In this document: one piece after another, positions 9,887 through 19,246 of the stretch
How positions within the stretch are numbered: position 1 is the first letter of the stretch
Layout of the letters: each line of letters starts with the position of its first letter
Source of the DNA: Candidatus Eiseniibacteriota bacterium
Lineage (GTDB): Bacteria; Eisenbacteria; RBG-16-71-46; CAZAMP01
Direction of reading: 5' to 3'
NCBI GenBank assembly: GCA_965224245.1
Contig: OZ245046.1
Location: forward strand, 3,360,001-3,424,000
DNA length: 64,000 nucleotides
Notes under the pieces: generated by a model
The model's input: only the letters and a program-made list of their open reading frames with translations
Databases searched by the model: none
What the model was told of the DNA's origin: nothing
Program-made: the position numbers and the translations under genes

Positions 9887-10987
9887 TCACGGGAAGCGAA
9901 CCGGATCGCCGAGCTCGTCGAGTCGGGGCTCGACACCGAGGCCGGGCGCCGACGGCGCTGAGAACCGGCCGTCGACGCGGCGGGGAGCACCGGTGGCGAT
10001 CGACCGCGTGACGTAGCTGTTGAAGTCGGTGCTGGAGAAGCGATGTCGCTCGGGTGTGCTGTGGGCCAGATGCGCGATGGCCGCGGTGACCACGTCCCCG
10101 CCCCAGCTGTCCTCGATCGTCATCGCGATCCCGTGCTCAACGCAGAGATCGCGTGCCCGGCGAGCCTTGGTGAGCCCGCCGAGCTTGCTGATTTTGACGT
10201 TCACGACGTCCATCGCGCGATCGGCGATCGCCCGCGTCAGCATCCCGAGCGAGTCGATCGACTCGTCCAGGATGAACGGCCGCGAGGTGCGCCGACGTAT
10301 CGAGAGACACTCGTCGTACGAGGCGCACGGCTGCTCGATGTACACGTCGAGGTCGGACACCGCACTGACCACGCGTGCGGCCTCGTGGGGCAGCCATCCC
10401 CGATTCGCGTCGGCGACCAGCACGTCGCCGGCGTCGAGCACGTCGCGAACGGCCCGGATGCGCGCCACGTCGTCGGCCGGATCGCCGCCGACCTTCAGCT
10501 GGAATCGGCGATACCCCTCCCGGCGGTAGCGTTCCACGCTGGCCGCCATCGCCGAGGGCGTATCCTGGGAGATCGCGCGATACAAGAGGACGTCCCCGCC
10601 ATCGCGCCCGCCGAGGAGGTCGCACACGGGGAGCCCGGCGACCCTTCCCAGGATGTCCCAGCACGCCACGTCGACGGCGGACTTCACGTAGGCGTGCCCC
10701 TCGAGACACGCGTCCATTCGCCGGACGAGGACGTCGAGCCGTGTGGGATCGGCGCCGATGAGCGAGGGGGCGATCTCGGCGAGACCGGCGCGGACCCCGG
10801 CGGCGTAGGCCGGCAGGTACACCGGTCCCAGGGGACACACCTCGCCGACGCCGGCGATGCCGGCGTCGGTGCTCACGACGACGACCGTGGAGTCGAAGAC
10901 GTCCACGCTCTTCCCCTCCGACCAGGCATATCGCCCCTCGTGGAGCGGCAGATCGACCTGATGAACGTCAATGCGAGTGATGCGCAT
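9887..10987 (-). CDS. Mandelate racemase/enolase-superfamily enzyme (cis-3-hydroxy-L-proline dehydratase or hydroxyproline betaine epimerase-like)
   Basis: [20 protein letters not shown], metal ligands DAN/EQP/DE, KISKLGG, IEDSWGG. Confidence 0.85.
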   Translation of the reverse strand: MRITRIDVHQVDLPLHEGRYAWSEGKSVDVFDSTVVVVSTDAGIAGVGEVCPLGPVYLPAYAAGVRAGLAEIAPSLIGADPTRLDVLVRRMDACLEGHAYVKSAVDVACWDILGRVAGLPVCDLLGGRDGGDVLLYRAISQDTPSAMAASVERYRREGYRRFQLKVGGDPADDVARIRAVRDVLDAGDVLVADANRGWLPHEAARVVSAVSDLDVYIEQPCASYDECLSIRRRTSRPFILDESIDSLGMLTRAIADRAMDVVNVKISKLGGLTKARRARDLCVEHGIAMTIEDSWGGDVVTAAIAHLAHSTPERHRFSSTDFNSYVTRSIATGAPRRVDGRFSAPSAPGLGVEPRLDELGDPVRFP

Positions 10988-11283
10988 CCTCGGGCTCCTG
11001 GGCTCTCGAGGCCCGGTTGCGGGGGACCGATGCCGGCTCGTTCGAGGGGATCGGGATCCATGCGACCCGCACGACGACGCACGCGTGCGGCCGTGCACCG
11101 GCCGGCGTGGTGCGGTTCGCGGAGGATCTGCTGGAGTCGGGAACGCTCACGACGCCCCGATCCGACGCGGTGACCGCGACACTCCTGGACCCATCCGACG
11201 GCAGCCTGTCAGAGGCGTCGTGAGCCATTCGGCCATCCCCCGGCGAGGCCGGCCTCATCGCGACGAGCCTTGCACGATCGCGG

Positions 11284-11811
11284 CTAGCGCGACCGCGCCT
11301 TGCGCGACCGTCGGGATGACGCCCTTCTCGATCCCGCCTTGCCTCGCCGTTTGCTGCCGGCCTTCTTTCGCCGGGACTTGCCGGAGAGCCGCTCGCGGGC
11401 CGCCGGCGCGTCGAGCTGCAGTGCGTCCTTCAACGCCGCCTCGCTGTTCCCGCGAAACGTGAGGCGCCCGCCCTTGCTCTCCCACAGGAACACCGCCTGT
11501 GCGGACACGCCCAGCAACTCGCCAAACTCCGCCTGCGTGAGGGACAGCTTCTTGCGTAGCGACCGGACGCTGCGAGAGGTCATGCGGAACTCCTCGGCCG
11601 GAGGAGGCTCTCCCGCCGCCTTCGCCAGGCGCGTCAGCGCCGAGGCCATGCGCTTCTGCTCCGCCTTGAGTCCGGACACCTCTTTTCGCAGACTGGCAAC
11701 CGTACCCCGCAACGTCGCATTGCTCTTCTCGAGGCGAGCGGTCGCGTTGCGTGCTTCCTTGCGCGAGAGACGGCTGATCTCTTCCTTCAGGACCTTGGCG
11801 ACGTTCGGCAT
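11284..11811 (-). CDS. Coiled-coil + XRE-type helix-turn-helix protein with basic tail
   Basis: MPNVAKVLKEEISRLSRKE; LRKKLSLTQAEFGELLGVSAQAVFLWE; GGAG RBS. Confidence 0.8.
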   Translation of the reverse strand: MPNVAKVLKEEISRLSRKEARNATARLEKSNATLRGTVASLRKEVSGLKAEQKRMASALTRLAKAAGEPPPAEEFRMTSRSVRSLRKKLSLTQAEFGELLGVSAQAVFLWESKGGRLTFRGNSEAALKDALQLDAPAARERLSGKSRRKKAGSKRRGKAGSRRASSRRSRKARSR

Positions 11812-11932
11812 CTTGACTCCATCTCGACGCGCGCACTCGCGCTCGGGCGACACGCATGCGGCTCGGTGAAACGCTCACCCGTCCGAGAACGACGATGGCG
11901 AGGGTCAGCGACATGATACGGATCGGCGCAGT

Positions 11933-12127
11933 CTAGCAGCCTCGTGTCGTGACGTCGCCCACCGTGCCGACCAGACGCATCGAGAAGGCGACTCTCTCCA
12001 TCTCGACGACGCGCGGGAAGCCCACGCCATGTTCGGAGAAGACGCTCTCATACCGATCCGTCCCACACGAAACCCGACTCCTGGACACGTCGACGGTTTC
12101 ACGCGCCAGAATGAACGGGACTCGCAT
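11933..12127 (-). CDS. Possible small hypothetical protein (64 aa)
   Basis: ATG preceded by AAGAGGA; sits in an otherwise empty gap on the same strand as its neighbours; no recognisable motif. Confidence 0.25.
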   Translation of the reverse strand: MRVPFILARETVDVSRSRVSCGTDRYESVFSEHGVGFPRVVEMERVAFSMRLVGTVGDVTTRGC

Positions 12128-12369
12128 ATCGGAGTCCTCTTTGGCCAAGCGGCATGTGAGTGCGCGCCGTTCACAGTCCGCGTAGACCGCCACGCCGGAT
12201 GCGCGGATCACCGGTGACCCGGAAGGCGCCGAGCCCGTCGCTCAGCGAGATGAAGCCGATCACGGCGGTCTGCCTCCCCACGGACGCCGCACCCGATCGA
12301 CGCGGTTGTCAGTCTGGCCGCGCCGCTTCGATCCTCAATGGGCATCGTCCGGTCCGGGGATCGCGTCGA

Positions 12370-14940
12370 TCAGGGCACCCGTACGAACGACGTCGTCGTC
12401 GACTCCGAGCCCGCCTGGATCCGGACGACGTACACGCCCGCCGGGGTCGGCCGGCCACGAGCGTCCCGTCCGTCCCATCCGAGCGTCCGCGCGCCCGCGA
12501 GGACACGCCCGTCGACGAGCGTGGCCACGGCGCGTCCGGCGACGTCGTAGATGCTCACCGTCACCGGCCGCGGCGGCTCGGGAACGTGGACGCGAATCGC
12601 ATCGGACGGACCGAAGGGATTCGGTACGACACCGACGAGCCGCGCGCCGCCGGGTGCGCTCGTCGACGGCGGGGGATCGATCGGCGTGACGGGCTCCTGG
12701 TAGGCGCGAACCGACACGTCGTCGAGCGCCGCCTCGACGATGTCCTCGCCGCCATCGTCGGACGCCGCGAAACGCAGCCGGACCTGGCTCGTGAGCGAGA
12801 TCATGTCGGAGAGCTCGCGATCCACGCGCTCCCACCAGCGCCGGTTCTCCCCCAGACGCTCGATCTCGATCCACGTCGCGCCGCCGTCCGGAGAGGCGCT
12901 CACGACCCACTCGTCGCTTCCGGACCCCGCGAAGGCGCTGTTCGAAAACCAGCGATGGTAGGTGAGCCGCGCGTTCGGCTGGCCGCTCAGGTCGAGCGGC
13001 GGGCTCTCGAGCGTCGTTCGTCCGCCGTCGACGTCCGCCTCGCCGATCGGCGATCCGGCGGGCGCGTTGCCGGTGACGTAGCACAGAACGGCGTCGTCGC
13101 CCGGCGTGTGATCGAACTCGGGCTGCACCGGTCGCCCGAGCTCCTGCCCGGTGGCGATGGGATCCGCGAGCGTCCAGAGCCCCGACGTCGCACCGTCGCC
13201 GGGAACCCGCGCGCGCCAGCCGTACGTCGACTCGAAGTCGTCCTCGAAGAGCGTCGTGATCGTGCCCACGAAGAACGCGTGCGTCTCCCCGGGTGCGCCC
13301 GGTGGATCGGTCGTCCGGTTGCTCTCGACGTCGACCGCGACGAGGTAGTACTCGACCCAGCGTCCGGCCGGCTTTGCGGGGATGAAGGCCTCGTACACGT
13401 CGCCGGCTCCGGTGGCGGTCAGCGCCGACCGTTCGCTCACTCCGTCGACCGCGTAGTGGACGTGGAGCGAGTCCGCATCCAGCGGCTCCGGGGACCGGAT
13501 GCGTGCCACCACTCGATACGGTGCCGACGTGTCCTCGGTGTCCGGAAGGGGCTCGTGTCCGATCGACAGGCGGAGCAGGTCGGCCAGCGTGGCCAGGAAC
13601 GCCACGCCGAGCCGCACCGTCTGGTGGGCGAGGAGCGGCTGGTTGTAGCTCGGCCCCACCCGGTCCCGGTTCGTGTGGATGAAGGGCGAGGGCCTCTGGC
13701 CGTCCTCGAAGAACATGACCGCGGGATACCCGCCCTGCCAGAACGACGCATGGTCGCTCGTGCCGGCCGGGATGTGCCCGTCCTCGAGAGGAAGGCCCGG
13801 CACGTACGTCGCGCCGACCTCGACCATCAGATCGCGCAGCGCGGGATGGAGCGCGTCGGAGATGATCGTCATGTCGAGATCGGACGTCTCGGAGTAGCCG
13901 ATCATGTCGGCGTTCAGCATGGCCACGACGTCGAGGTCCCGGCCGATCGCGATCTCGTGCACCCACGCCTGGCTTCCGAGAAGACCCAGCTCCTCGGCTC
14001 CGAACGCGATGAAGACGAGCGTGCGCGCGTACTGCTCGCGCGAGAGCACGCGCGCGGCCTCGAGGACGAGCGCGGTTCCCGACGCGTTGTCGTCGGCCCC
14101 GGGGGCGTCGGCGGTCGAGCCCGCCGCGTACGAGTCGTAGTGCGCGCCCACGATCACGATCTCGTCGGGACGGGTGACGCCGGGGATCACGGCAACCACG
14201 TTGGGCGCGTACACGCCGTCCGTCCAGTCGTGGACTCCGACGCTGTCGATGCCGTAGGAGGCCAGCTCCGCGCGGACGTACTCGGCCGCGGCGAAGCCGC
14301 CCTCGGAGGGAGCGTAGCGAGTCCCGAAGTCCTGGAGGCGCGCGACGTGGGAGTCGATCCGTGCACCGGAGACCGAGTCGGTCATCGCCTCGATCGCGGG
14401 AACGAGCGCGACGCGTGCCGGCCAGGACGGCGGCATGTCACGAGGCGGTCGACACGGTGCCAGCGTCAGGCGAGCGACCTCGAAGCCGGCGTCGAGTACG
14501 TCTCGCAGGCGCGATTCCGGAACGTCGACGACTGCTCGTCCACGATCGGCCCACAAGACACGTGAGCGTGAGGCGAGCTCGTCGACCCGCCACGGCGGGA
14601 CGGGAGAGACGACGTAGTACGTGGCCTCCTCCAGGTGTCGATCGATCTCGAGCGATGGATGTCCGGCGGCGCGCAGACGATCGACGTCGTCCTCGCTCGC
14701 GACCGCGAGGAGAAAGTCGCCCGCGTTCCACACGACGACGATGCCACGGTCGACGAGGTCGGCGAGCGTGCTCGGCGTGTCGGCATCGACGACGACCAAT
14801 CGCGAGTCGAGCACTCGGGCGTCGATCGCTGGCGAGTCGATCGGTCGCGAATCGGCGAAGCGGATGTCCTTCGCGTGCGAGGCCGATGGCATCGACACGA
14901 GGAGCGTGAGCAGCACGGCAGTCGGAAGGGGCGCTTGCAT
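12370..14940 (-). CDS. M28 family metallopeptidase with C-terminal FlgD-Ig/CTD-like domain
   Basis: Signal peptide; GAHYDS, GADDNASG, FGAEELGLLGS, NADMIG, SDHASF; tail PNPFG…IYDVAGRAVATL…WDGRD…GVYVVR. Confidence 0.9.
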   Translation of the reverse strand: MQAPLPTAVLLTLLVSMPSASHAKDIRFADSRPIDSPAIDARVLDSRLVVVDADTPSTLADLVDRGIVVVWNAGDFLLAVASEDDVDRLRAAGHPSLEIDRHLEEATYYVVSPVPPWRVDELASRSRVLWADRGRAVVDVPESRLRDVLDAGFEVARLTLAPCRPPRDMPPSWPARVALVPAIEAMTDSVSGARIDSHVARLQDFGTRYAPSEGGFAAAEYVRAELASYGIDSVGVHDWTDGVYAPNVVAVIPGVTRPDEIVIVGAHYDSYAAGSTADAPGADDNASGTALVLEAARVLSREQYARTLVFIAFGAEELGLLGSQAWVHEIAIGRDLDVVAMLNADMIGYSETSDLDMTIISDALHPALRDLMVEVGATYVPGLPLEDGHIPAGTSDHASFWQGGYPAVMFFEDGQRPSPFIHTNRDRVGPSYNQPLLAHQTVRLGVAFLATLADLLRLSIGHEPLPDTEDTSAPYRVVARIRSPEPLDADSLHVHYAVDGVSERSALTATGAGDVYEAFIPAKPAGRWVEYYLVAVDVESNRTTDPPGAPGETHAFFVGTITTLFEDDFESTYGWRARVPGDGATSGLWTLADPIATGQELGRPVQPEFDHTPGDDAVLCYVTGNAPAGSPIGEADVDGGRTTLESPPLDLSGQPNARLTYHRWFSNSAFAGSGSDEWVVSASPDGGATWIEIERLGENRRWWERVDRELSDMISLTSQVRLRFAASDDGGEDIVEAALDDVSVRAYQEPVTPIDPPPSTSAPGGARLVGVVPNPFGPSDAIRVHVPEPPRPVTVSIYDVAGRAVATLVDGRVLAGARTLGWDGRDARGRPTPAGVYVVRIQAGSESTTTSFVRVP

Positions 14941-15127
14941 GGACGGCTCCCACGTGGGTGAACCCGATGATGGCCCCCGGACAAGTCCGTGTTCGAGTGT
15001 ACCCGGAGGAGTCCATCGATCGCCAGCGCGACCGACGTCGCCCACGTCAGGCGAGTGCTGCTAGGATGGAGACAGGCGCGCCGGGGCGATGTGAAGCGTG
15101 TTCGACGGAGCCACCAGGAGGTCGACC

Positions 15128-16210
15128 ATGCGTGGGCGCGCATCGTTGCGTCTGATCGCGATCGGTGTCGGCTGCCTGCCGGTACCCGCGGACTCGAAGG
15201 ATGACCCGCCTGTAGCCCCGCCTCCGGCGACGATGGACGCTACCGGCGTTCCGACGGAGTATCCAGCATACGCAACGACCGAGCGCCGGTACTCGGACCC
15301 CACACCGACGCCCGGCGCGGCGGGGATCCTCGAGGAAGACGACGCGCTGTGCAGCCTCACGAGGCTCTTTCTCGGCTCGACGGCGACCTACGCCGGCACC
15401 GTACTCTCGTCCGAGCTGGTGCACGTGAGCCCGCTCGACGAGATGGCCCGGGAGGCGATCGACTCGCAGATCCGCTGGGGGCGACGCACCCCGATCCACG
15501 GCGCGGGGATACTCGAGGACCTCGTCCAGGTCGTGGAGCTGCGTGTCGACTGGAGCGTGCCGCACGACGACGCGGAGGTGATTCTGCTGGTGAGCCTCGC
15601 GGGCACGTATTACCTCGACGGCCTCGCCCTCATCACCGTGACGAATCCCAAGTCTTTGGCGCCGGGCGACCGGATCCTGGCCTTCGCTCGCCCGATCGAG
15701 GTCGCCGAGTACCCGGATGCCTGGCACGTCTGTAGTACCACCCACCGTCGCCTCGATCGCGTGGCCGACGAGGCGTCCGAGACGCTCGTGCGGGATCGAA
15801 TCGAGGCCCTGGCGGATGCCAGTGCGAACGCCTTCGCACAGCGATCCAGCCGGGAACGGCTGGGGTGGATCGAGGGGTCCGTCACCGGCTTCGTGAAGTC
15901 GTACGAGCCCGAACGAGGTGCGTCGTACACGATGACGCTCGACGACGTGCATGCTCGCGACGGCGCGTTCGACGTCCCGTCCCCGCTGGACGTGCTGTTC
16001 TCTCGACTGACGAGGAACCCGATCGGACTCCTGCCGTGCGGGATCTCACCCGACGTGGAGCGCGGACAGTTCGTTCTGCTGTCGCTGTGCCGGGCGGCGG
16101 ATGGCTCGTACTACGCCTGCGAGGATGCGTGGGGATTGCTGCGTGAAGAAGCCGCCGCTGGAGCCGAGATGGAGAAGACGTTGTGGCGCGGTGCACGATT
16201 CGTGAGGTAG
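15128..16210 (+). CDS. Hypothetical protein, possibly exported
   Basis: AGGAGG RBS; short hydrophobic stretch with GC, then a Pro/Thr-rich linker; coding-like codon use; no family recognised. Confidence 0.55.
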   Translation: MRGRASLRLIAIGVGCLPVPADSKDDPPVAPPPATMDATGVPTEYPAYATTERRYSDPTPTPGAAGILEEDDALCSLTRLFLGSTATYAGTVLSSELVHVSPLDEMAREAIDSQIRWGRRTPIHGAGILEDLVQVVELRVDWSVPHDDAEVILLVSLAGTYYLDGLALITVTNPKSLAPGDRILAFARPIEVAEYPDAWHVCSTTHRRLDRVADEASETLVRDRIEALADASANAFAQRSSRERLGWIEGSVTGFVKSYEPERGASYTMTLDDVHARDGAFDVPSPLDVLFSRLTRNPIGLLPCGISPDVERGQFVLLSLCRAADGSYYACEDAWGLLREEAAAGAEMEKTLWRGARFVR

Positions 16211-16447
16211 CGAGCGCGGTCGTGCTCGCGTCGATCGCGTGCGAGGCCTCACCCGCGTACCCGGCGCAGGCGCCCGTGTCACCAGAGCCTTGACCCCGCG
16301 AGGCGGCTCGTCGAACATCCTCGCCGTCGAGCCCATCGAGAACGTGATCGCCAGCACGTCGTCGTCGATCGCGACTTCGAGCCACTCTCCACGTACGACT
16401 GGCGAGAACGGGTCGTCCGAATCGCCGCGACGAGCGGGGGGAACACC

Positions 16448-17146
16448 GTGAGACAGAAGCCGTGGCAGAAGAAGGTGATTCGCCAGCTACCAACGTACGG
16501 GGGGCGGCTCGTCATCTTCTGCGGTCAGGGCAACGAGCCGATGCTCAGCGTCCTGCGATCGCACGTGCGGAGCTCCTCGGGAATCTGCCTGACGCTGGCG
16601 AAGAAGTGGATGTGCGAGCTGAGCAACGGACGCGACTTCTGGGACTGGATGATGCCCGGAGGTCAGCTGAACGCGGCCGCGGCCGCGAGCATCACGATCC
16701 AGCACGTCGACAAGGGACGGGCCGACGTCCCCGAGACGACCTCGGGTCAGCGGGCGCCGAGCCACTCCGGGACCACCGATGCGCAGTTCCTCGCGTTCTA
16801 CGGTCAGCTCGAGTCGTCCAAGCTGGTCATTCCGGGCGGCGCCAGCGGGTTCGGAAACCCTCCGGCGGGCGAAGTCCCCGCGGCGCTCGGCGCCGTCGTC
16901 CGGGACAAGCGACCTCCGGCCCAGGCCTATGCCCTGTTCAACATGCACGCCGACGGAGCGTCCGGACACTCGGTCGCCGCCGAGGCGATGAACTACGGCA
17001 TGGTCAGGTTCTACGACCCCAACATCGGAGAGATGGTCTTCGAGCGCGCGGACAGCTTCGCGGGCTGGATGGCCGACGTGCTCGGCAGCGAGGTCTACCA
17101 GACGTACACGGCCTTCAACTACCGGTGGTACAGCCGCTCGAGCTGA
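16448..17146 (+). CDS. YopT/AvrPphB-like (peptidase C58-type) cysteine protease domain protein
   Basis: Q…GICLTLAKKW (Cys), GHSVAA (His), FYDPNIGEMVF (Asp); order and spacing match the family. Confidence 0.72.
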   Translation: MRQKPWQKKVIRQLPTYGGRLVIFCGQGNEPMLSVLRSHVRSSSGICLTLAKKWMCELSNGRDFWDWMMPGGQLNAAAAASITIQHVDKGRADVPETTSGQRAPSHSGTTDAQFLAFYGQLESSKLVIPGGASGFGNPPAGEVPAALGAVVRDKRPPAQAYALFNMHADGASGHSVAAEAMNYGMVRFYDPNIGEMVFERADSFAGWMADVLGSEVYQTYTAFNYRWYSRSS

Positions 17147-17627
17147 TCGGGTTCCCGGCTGTACATGCCGGGGTCAGAACGCATTCTCCGGGGGAAGGGC
17201 CGGTCTCTGCATTCTCGGTCCGCTTCCGGCGAGCATCGACGTGGCGTTCTCATCGGCGAACGTGTACCCGGGTACACGTTCGATCAGCATCAAACGCCAC
17301 CAGAATGGTGGGTTGCATCGCAACCGTCAGGAAAGTGAAAGATCGGCCCTCCGGAATCACCCGTTGCCATTTCGGTAGGATCAGAAGGGCCGCCGACGGA
17401 GAGAGCCGCATGGCCGTCGAGGTTCGCTGGCGTCCCAACCGCGAGCCTGGTCATCAAGTGTCGGAGCATGCCGGCACACGTTGCATCGCGCACATCCACT
17501 TCGAGTCCACCCGCAGGGTGAAGCGATGCAGGACGGAACCATCGGGCCGCCTCGCGATGGTAGTAAGAGCAGGTCGGACGAAAGCAAACGGCAGCGGACG
17601 GCTTCGACTGACTGGCAGGCGTTGAGA

Positions 17628-17704
17628 TGGAGGGGACTCCGGGGGTTGAACCCGGGACCTCCAGATCCACAATCTGGCGCTCTAACCAGCTGAGCTAAGT
17701 CCCC
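17628..17704 (-). tRNA. tRNA-His (GUG), CCA encoded
   Basis: Full cloverleaf: acceptor GGGGACT/AGTCCCC, D arm GCTC/GAGC, anticodon arm CCAGA-TTGTGGA-TCTGG, T arm CCGGG-TTCAACC-CCCGG, then T-CCA. Confidence 0.97.
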
Positions 17705-19098
17705 AAGATCGATCTGACCGCGTCGACGACCGCGCCCGGTGCGACCGTCGACTGCGTGCGCGCACGCATGTCCTTCACCTGCACCTGTCCCGCTTCGGCG
17801 TCGTCGGGTCCGATGATCACGACCACCGGGACGCCCTGCCGCGCGGCGTACGAGATCTGTGCCTTGAAGGAGGTGTCTTCGCCCACGTAGATCGACGTGG
17901 CAACACCCGCGCGCCGCAGCTCGCCCGCGAGTCGTTGGTACCCCGGAACGAGCTCCGAGGCGAAGTTGACGATCATCACCTCGGTTACGGTGCGGGCGGA
18001 ATCTAGCATACCGAGGGCTTCCATTCCCGCGAAAAGCCGATCCACCCCGACCGACGTTCCCGTGCACGGCACGGCGGCGTCGGGCATGAACCGGCCGATC
18101 AGCGTGTCGTACCGTCCGCCCGAGTACACCGTCCCGATCTCGCGGCAGTCGTCGAGCACCGCCTCCCAGATGGGACCGGTGTAGTAGTCGAGCCCGCGCG
18201 CGATCGTCGGGTCGATCCGCCAGTCCGAGTCCGGAACGCCCGCGTCCCGTACGTACGCGGCGATGCGCCGCAGCTCGTCGAGCCCCTCACGCCCCAGCGG
18301 AACGTCGCCGAGAAACGTCTCGAGGCCGTCGAGCACGGCACCGATGTCGCCCTCGATCCCGAGGTAGCGCTCGACGAGCCCAATCTGTTCCGGGCTCAGC
18401 CCGAGTCCTCCGCCGTCACCCCCGGGGTCGCCCGAGCTCGCGGGTCGGGCCAGCTCGGCCAGGACGCCCTCGAGACCATCCTTGTCGATCTTGTCGAGCA
18501 CGCGGATCACCGCCGCGACCTCGTCGGGCGAACGGTCGAAGCCGCCCTTGGTGGCGAGCCCGTTCAGGATCTTCCGGTTGTTGACGCGAATCGTGAAGCT
18601 CGTGAAACCGAGCTCGCGGAGCACGGTGCTCATGATCACGATCATCTCGGCGTCGGCGAGCATGTCGCTCGTCCCCACCACGTCCGCGTCGAACTGCAGG
18701 AACTCGCGGAAGCGTCCGAGCTGCGGCTTCTCGCCACGCCACACCGCACCGATCTGGTAACGCTTGAACGGCTTCGGCACGTCCGGGTTCGCGGCCACCA
18801 CGCGGGCCAGCGGCACCGTCAGATCGAACCGGAGCGCGACCTTCTGGTTGGCCTCCTTCGGCTCGCGGCCCAGCCACCCGCCGCCGCGCGAGACGAATGT
18901 CCGGTAGATCAGCTTCTGGGTGTCGGTCTCGCCGCCCATCAGGACGCCCAGTCGCTCGACGGCCGGCGTCTCCAGCGGATCGAACCCGAATCGCTCGTAC
19001 ACGCGCCGGACGCGATCGATGATCGCCATCCGCTGGACCTGTCGGTCCGGCAGGTAGTCGCGGAACCCTCCCGCCAGGAGGGGCTTCACCTTGCTCAC
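17695..19098 (-). CDS. hisS: Histidyl-tRNA synthetase
   Basis: GFRDYLP, LRFDLTVPLAR, WRGEKPQLGRFREFLQFDAD (motif 2), IARGLDYYTG, GGRYD, C-terminal anticodon-binding domain. Confidence 0.97.
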   Translation of the reverse strand: MSKVKPLLAGGFRDYLPDRQVQRMAIIDRVRRVYERFGFDPLETPAVERLGVLMGGETDTQKLIYRTFVSRGGGWLGREPKEANQKVALRFDLTVPLARVVAANPDVPKPFKRYQIGAVWRGEKPQLGRFREFLQFDADVVGTSDMLADAEMIVIMSTVLRELGFTSFTIRVNNRKILNGLATKGGFDRSPDEVAAVIRVLDKIDKDGLEGVLAELARPASSGDPGGDGGGLGLSPEQIGLVERYLGIEGDIGAVLDGLETFLGDVPLGREGLDELRRIAAYVRDAGVPDSDWRIDPTIARGLDYYTGPIWEAVLDDCREIGTVYSGGRYDTLIGRFMPDAAVPCTGTSVGVDRLFAGMEALGMLDSARTVTEVMIVNFASELVPGYQRLAGELRRAGVATSIYVGEDTSFKAQISYAARQGVPVVVIIGPDDAEAGQVQVKDMRARTQSTVAPGAVVDAVRSILGT

Positions 19099-19182
19099 GT
19101 CGGTTCGCTCCGGTTGACCGGCCCCGGGGCCGACCCCGTCCGGTTCGCGGCCCCGTCGATCCGTGGGGTTTTGGAGCGGAGG

Positions 19183-19211
19183 AGAATAGGGCGGCCCCCC
19201 GGGAACGTCAA
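19183..19211 (-). promoter_or_regulatory. Sigma70-like promoter of hisS
   Basis: TTGACG-17 nt-TATTCT on the minus strand, about 85 nt upstream of the GTG start. Confidence 0.6.
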
Positions 19212-19246
19212 CTCCGAGCGGGCCACTTGAGGGACCCGGGTCCGCG

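Noticed and set aside
7293-10016. 907-aa + strand ORF and many similar long overlapping ORFs (e.g. 23100-26003, 25958-29053, 39402-41453)
   Set aside because: Antisense or alternate-frame shadows of real genes, expected in high-GC DNA; Arg/Gly/Pro-rich with no motifs.
11000-11283. Short ORFs between the racemase and XRE genes
   Set aside because: No consistent RBS, frame or motif support.
17147-17627. Integrase gene or att duplicate next to tRNA-His
   Set aside because: No recombinase motifs in any frame, and no repeat of the tRNA 3' end spotted by eye.
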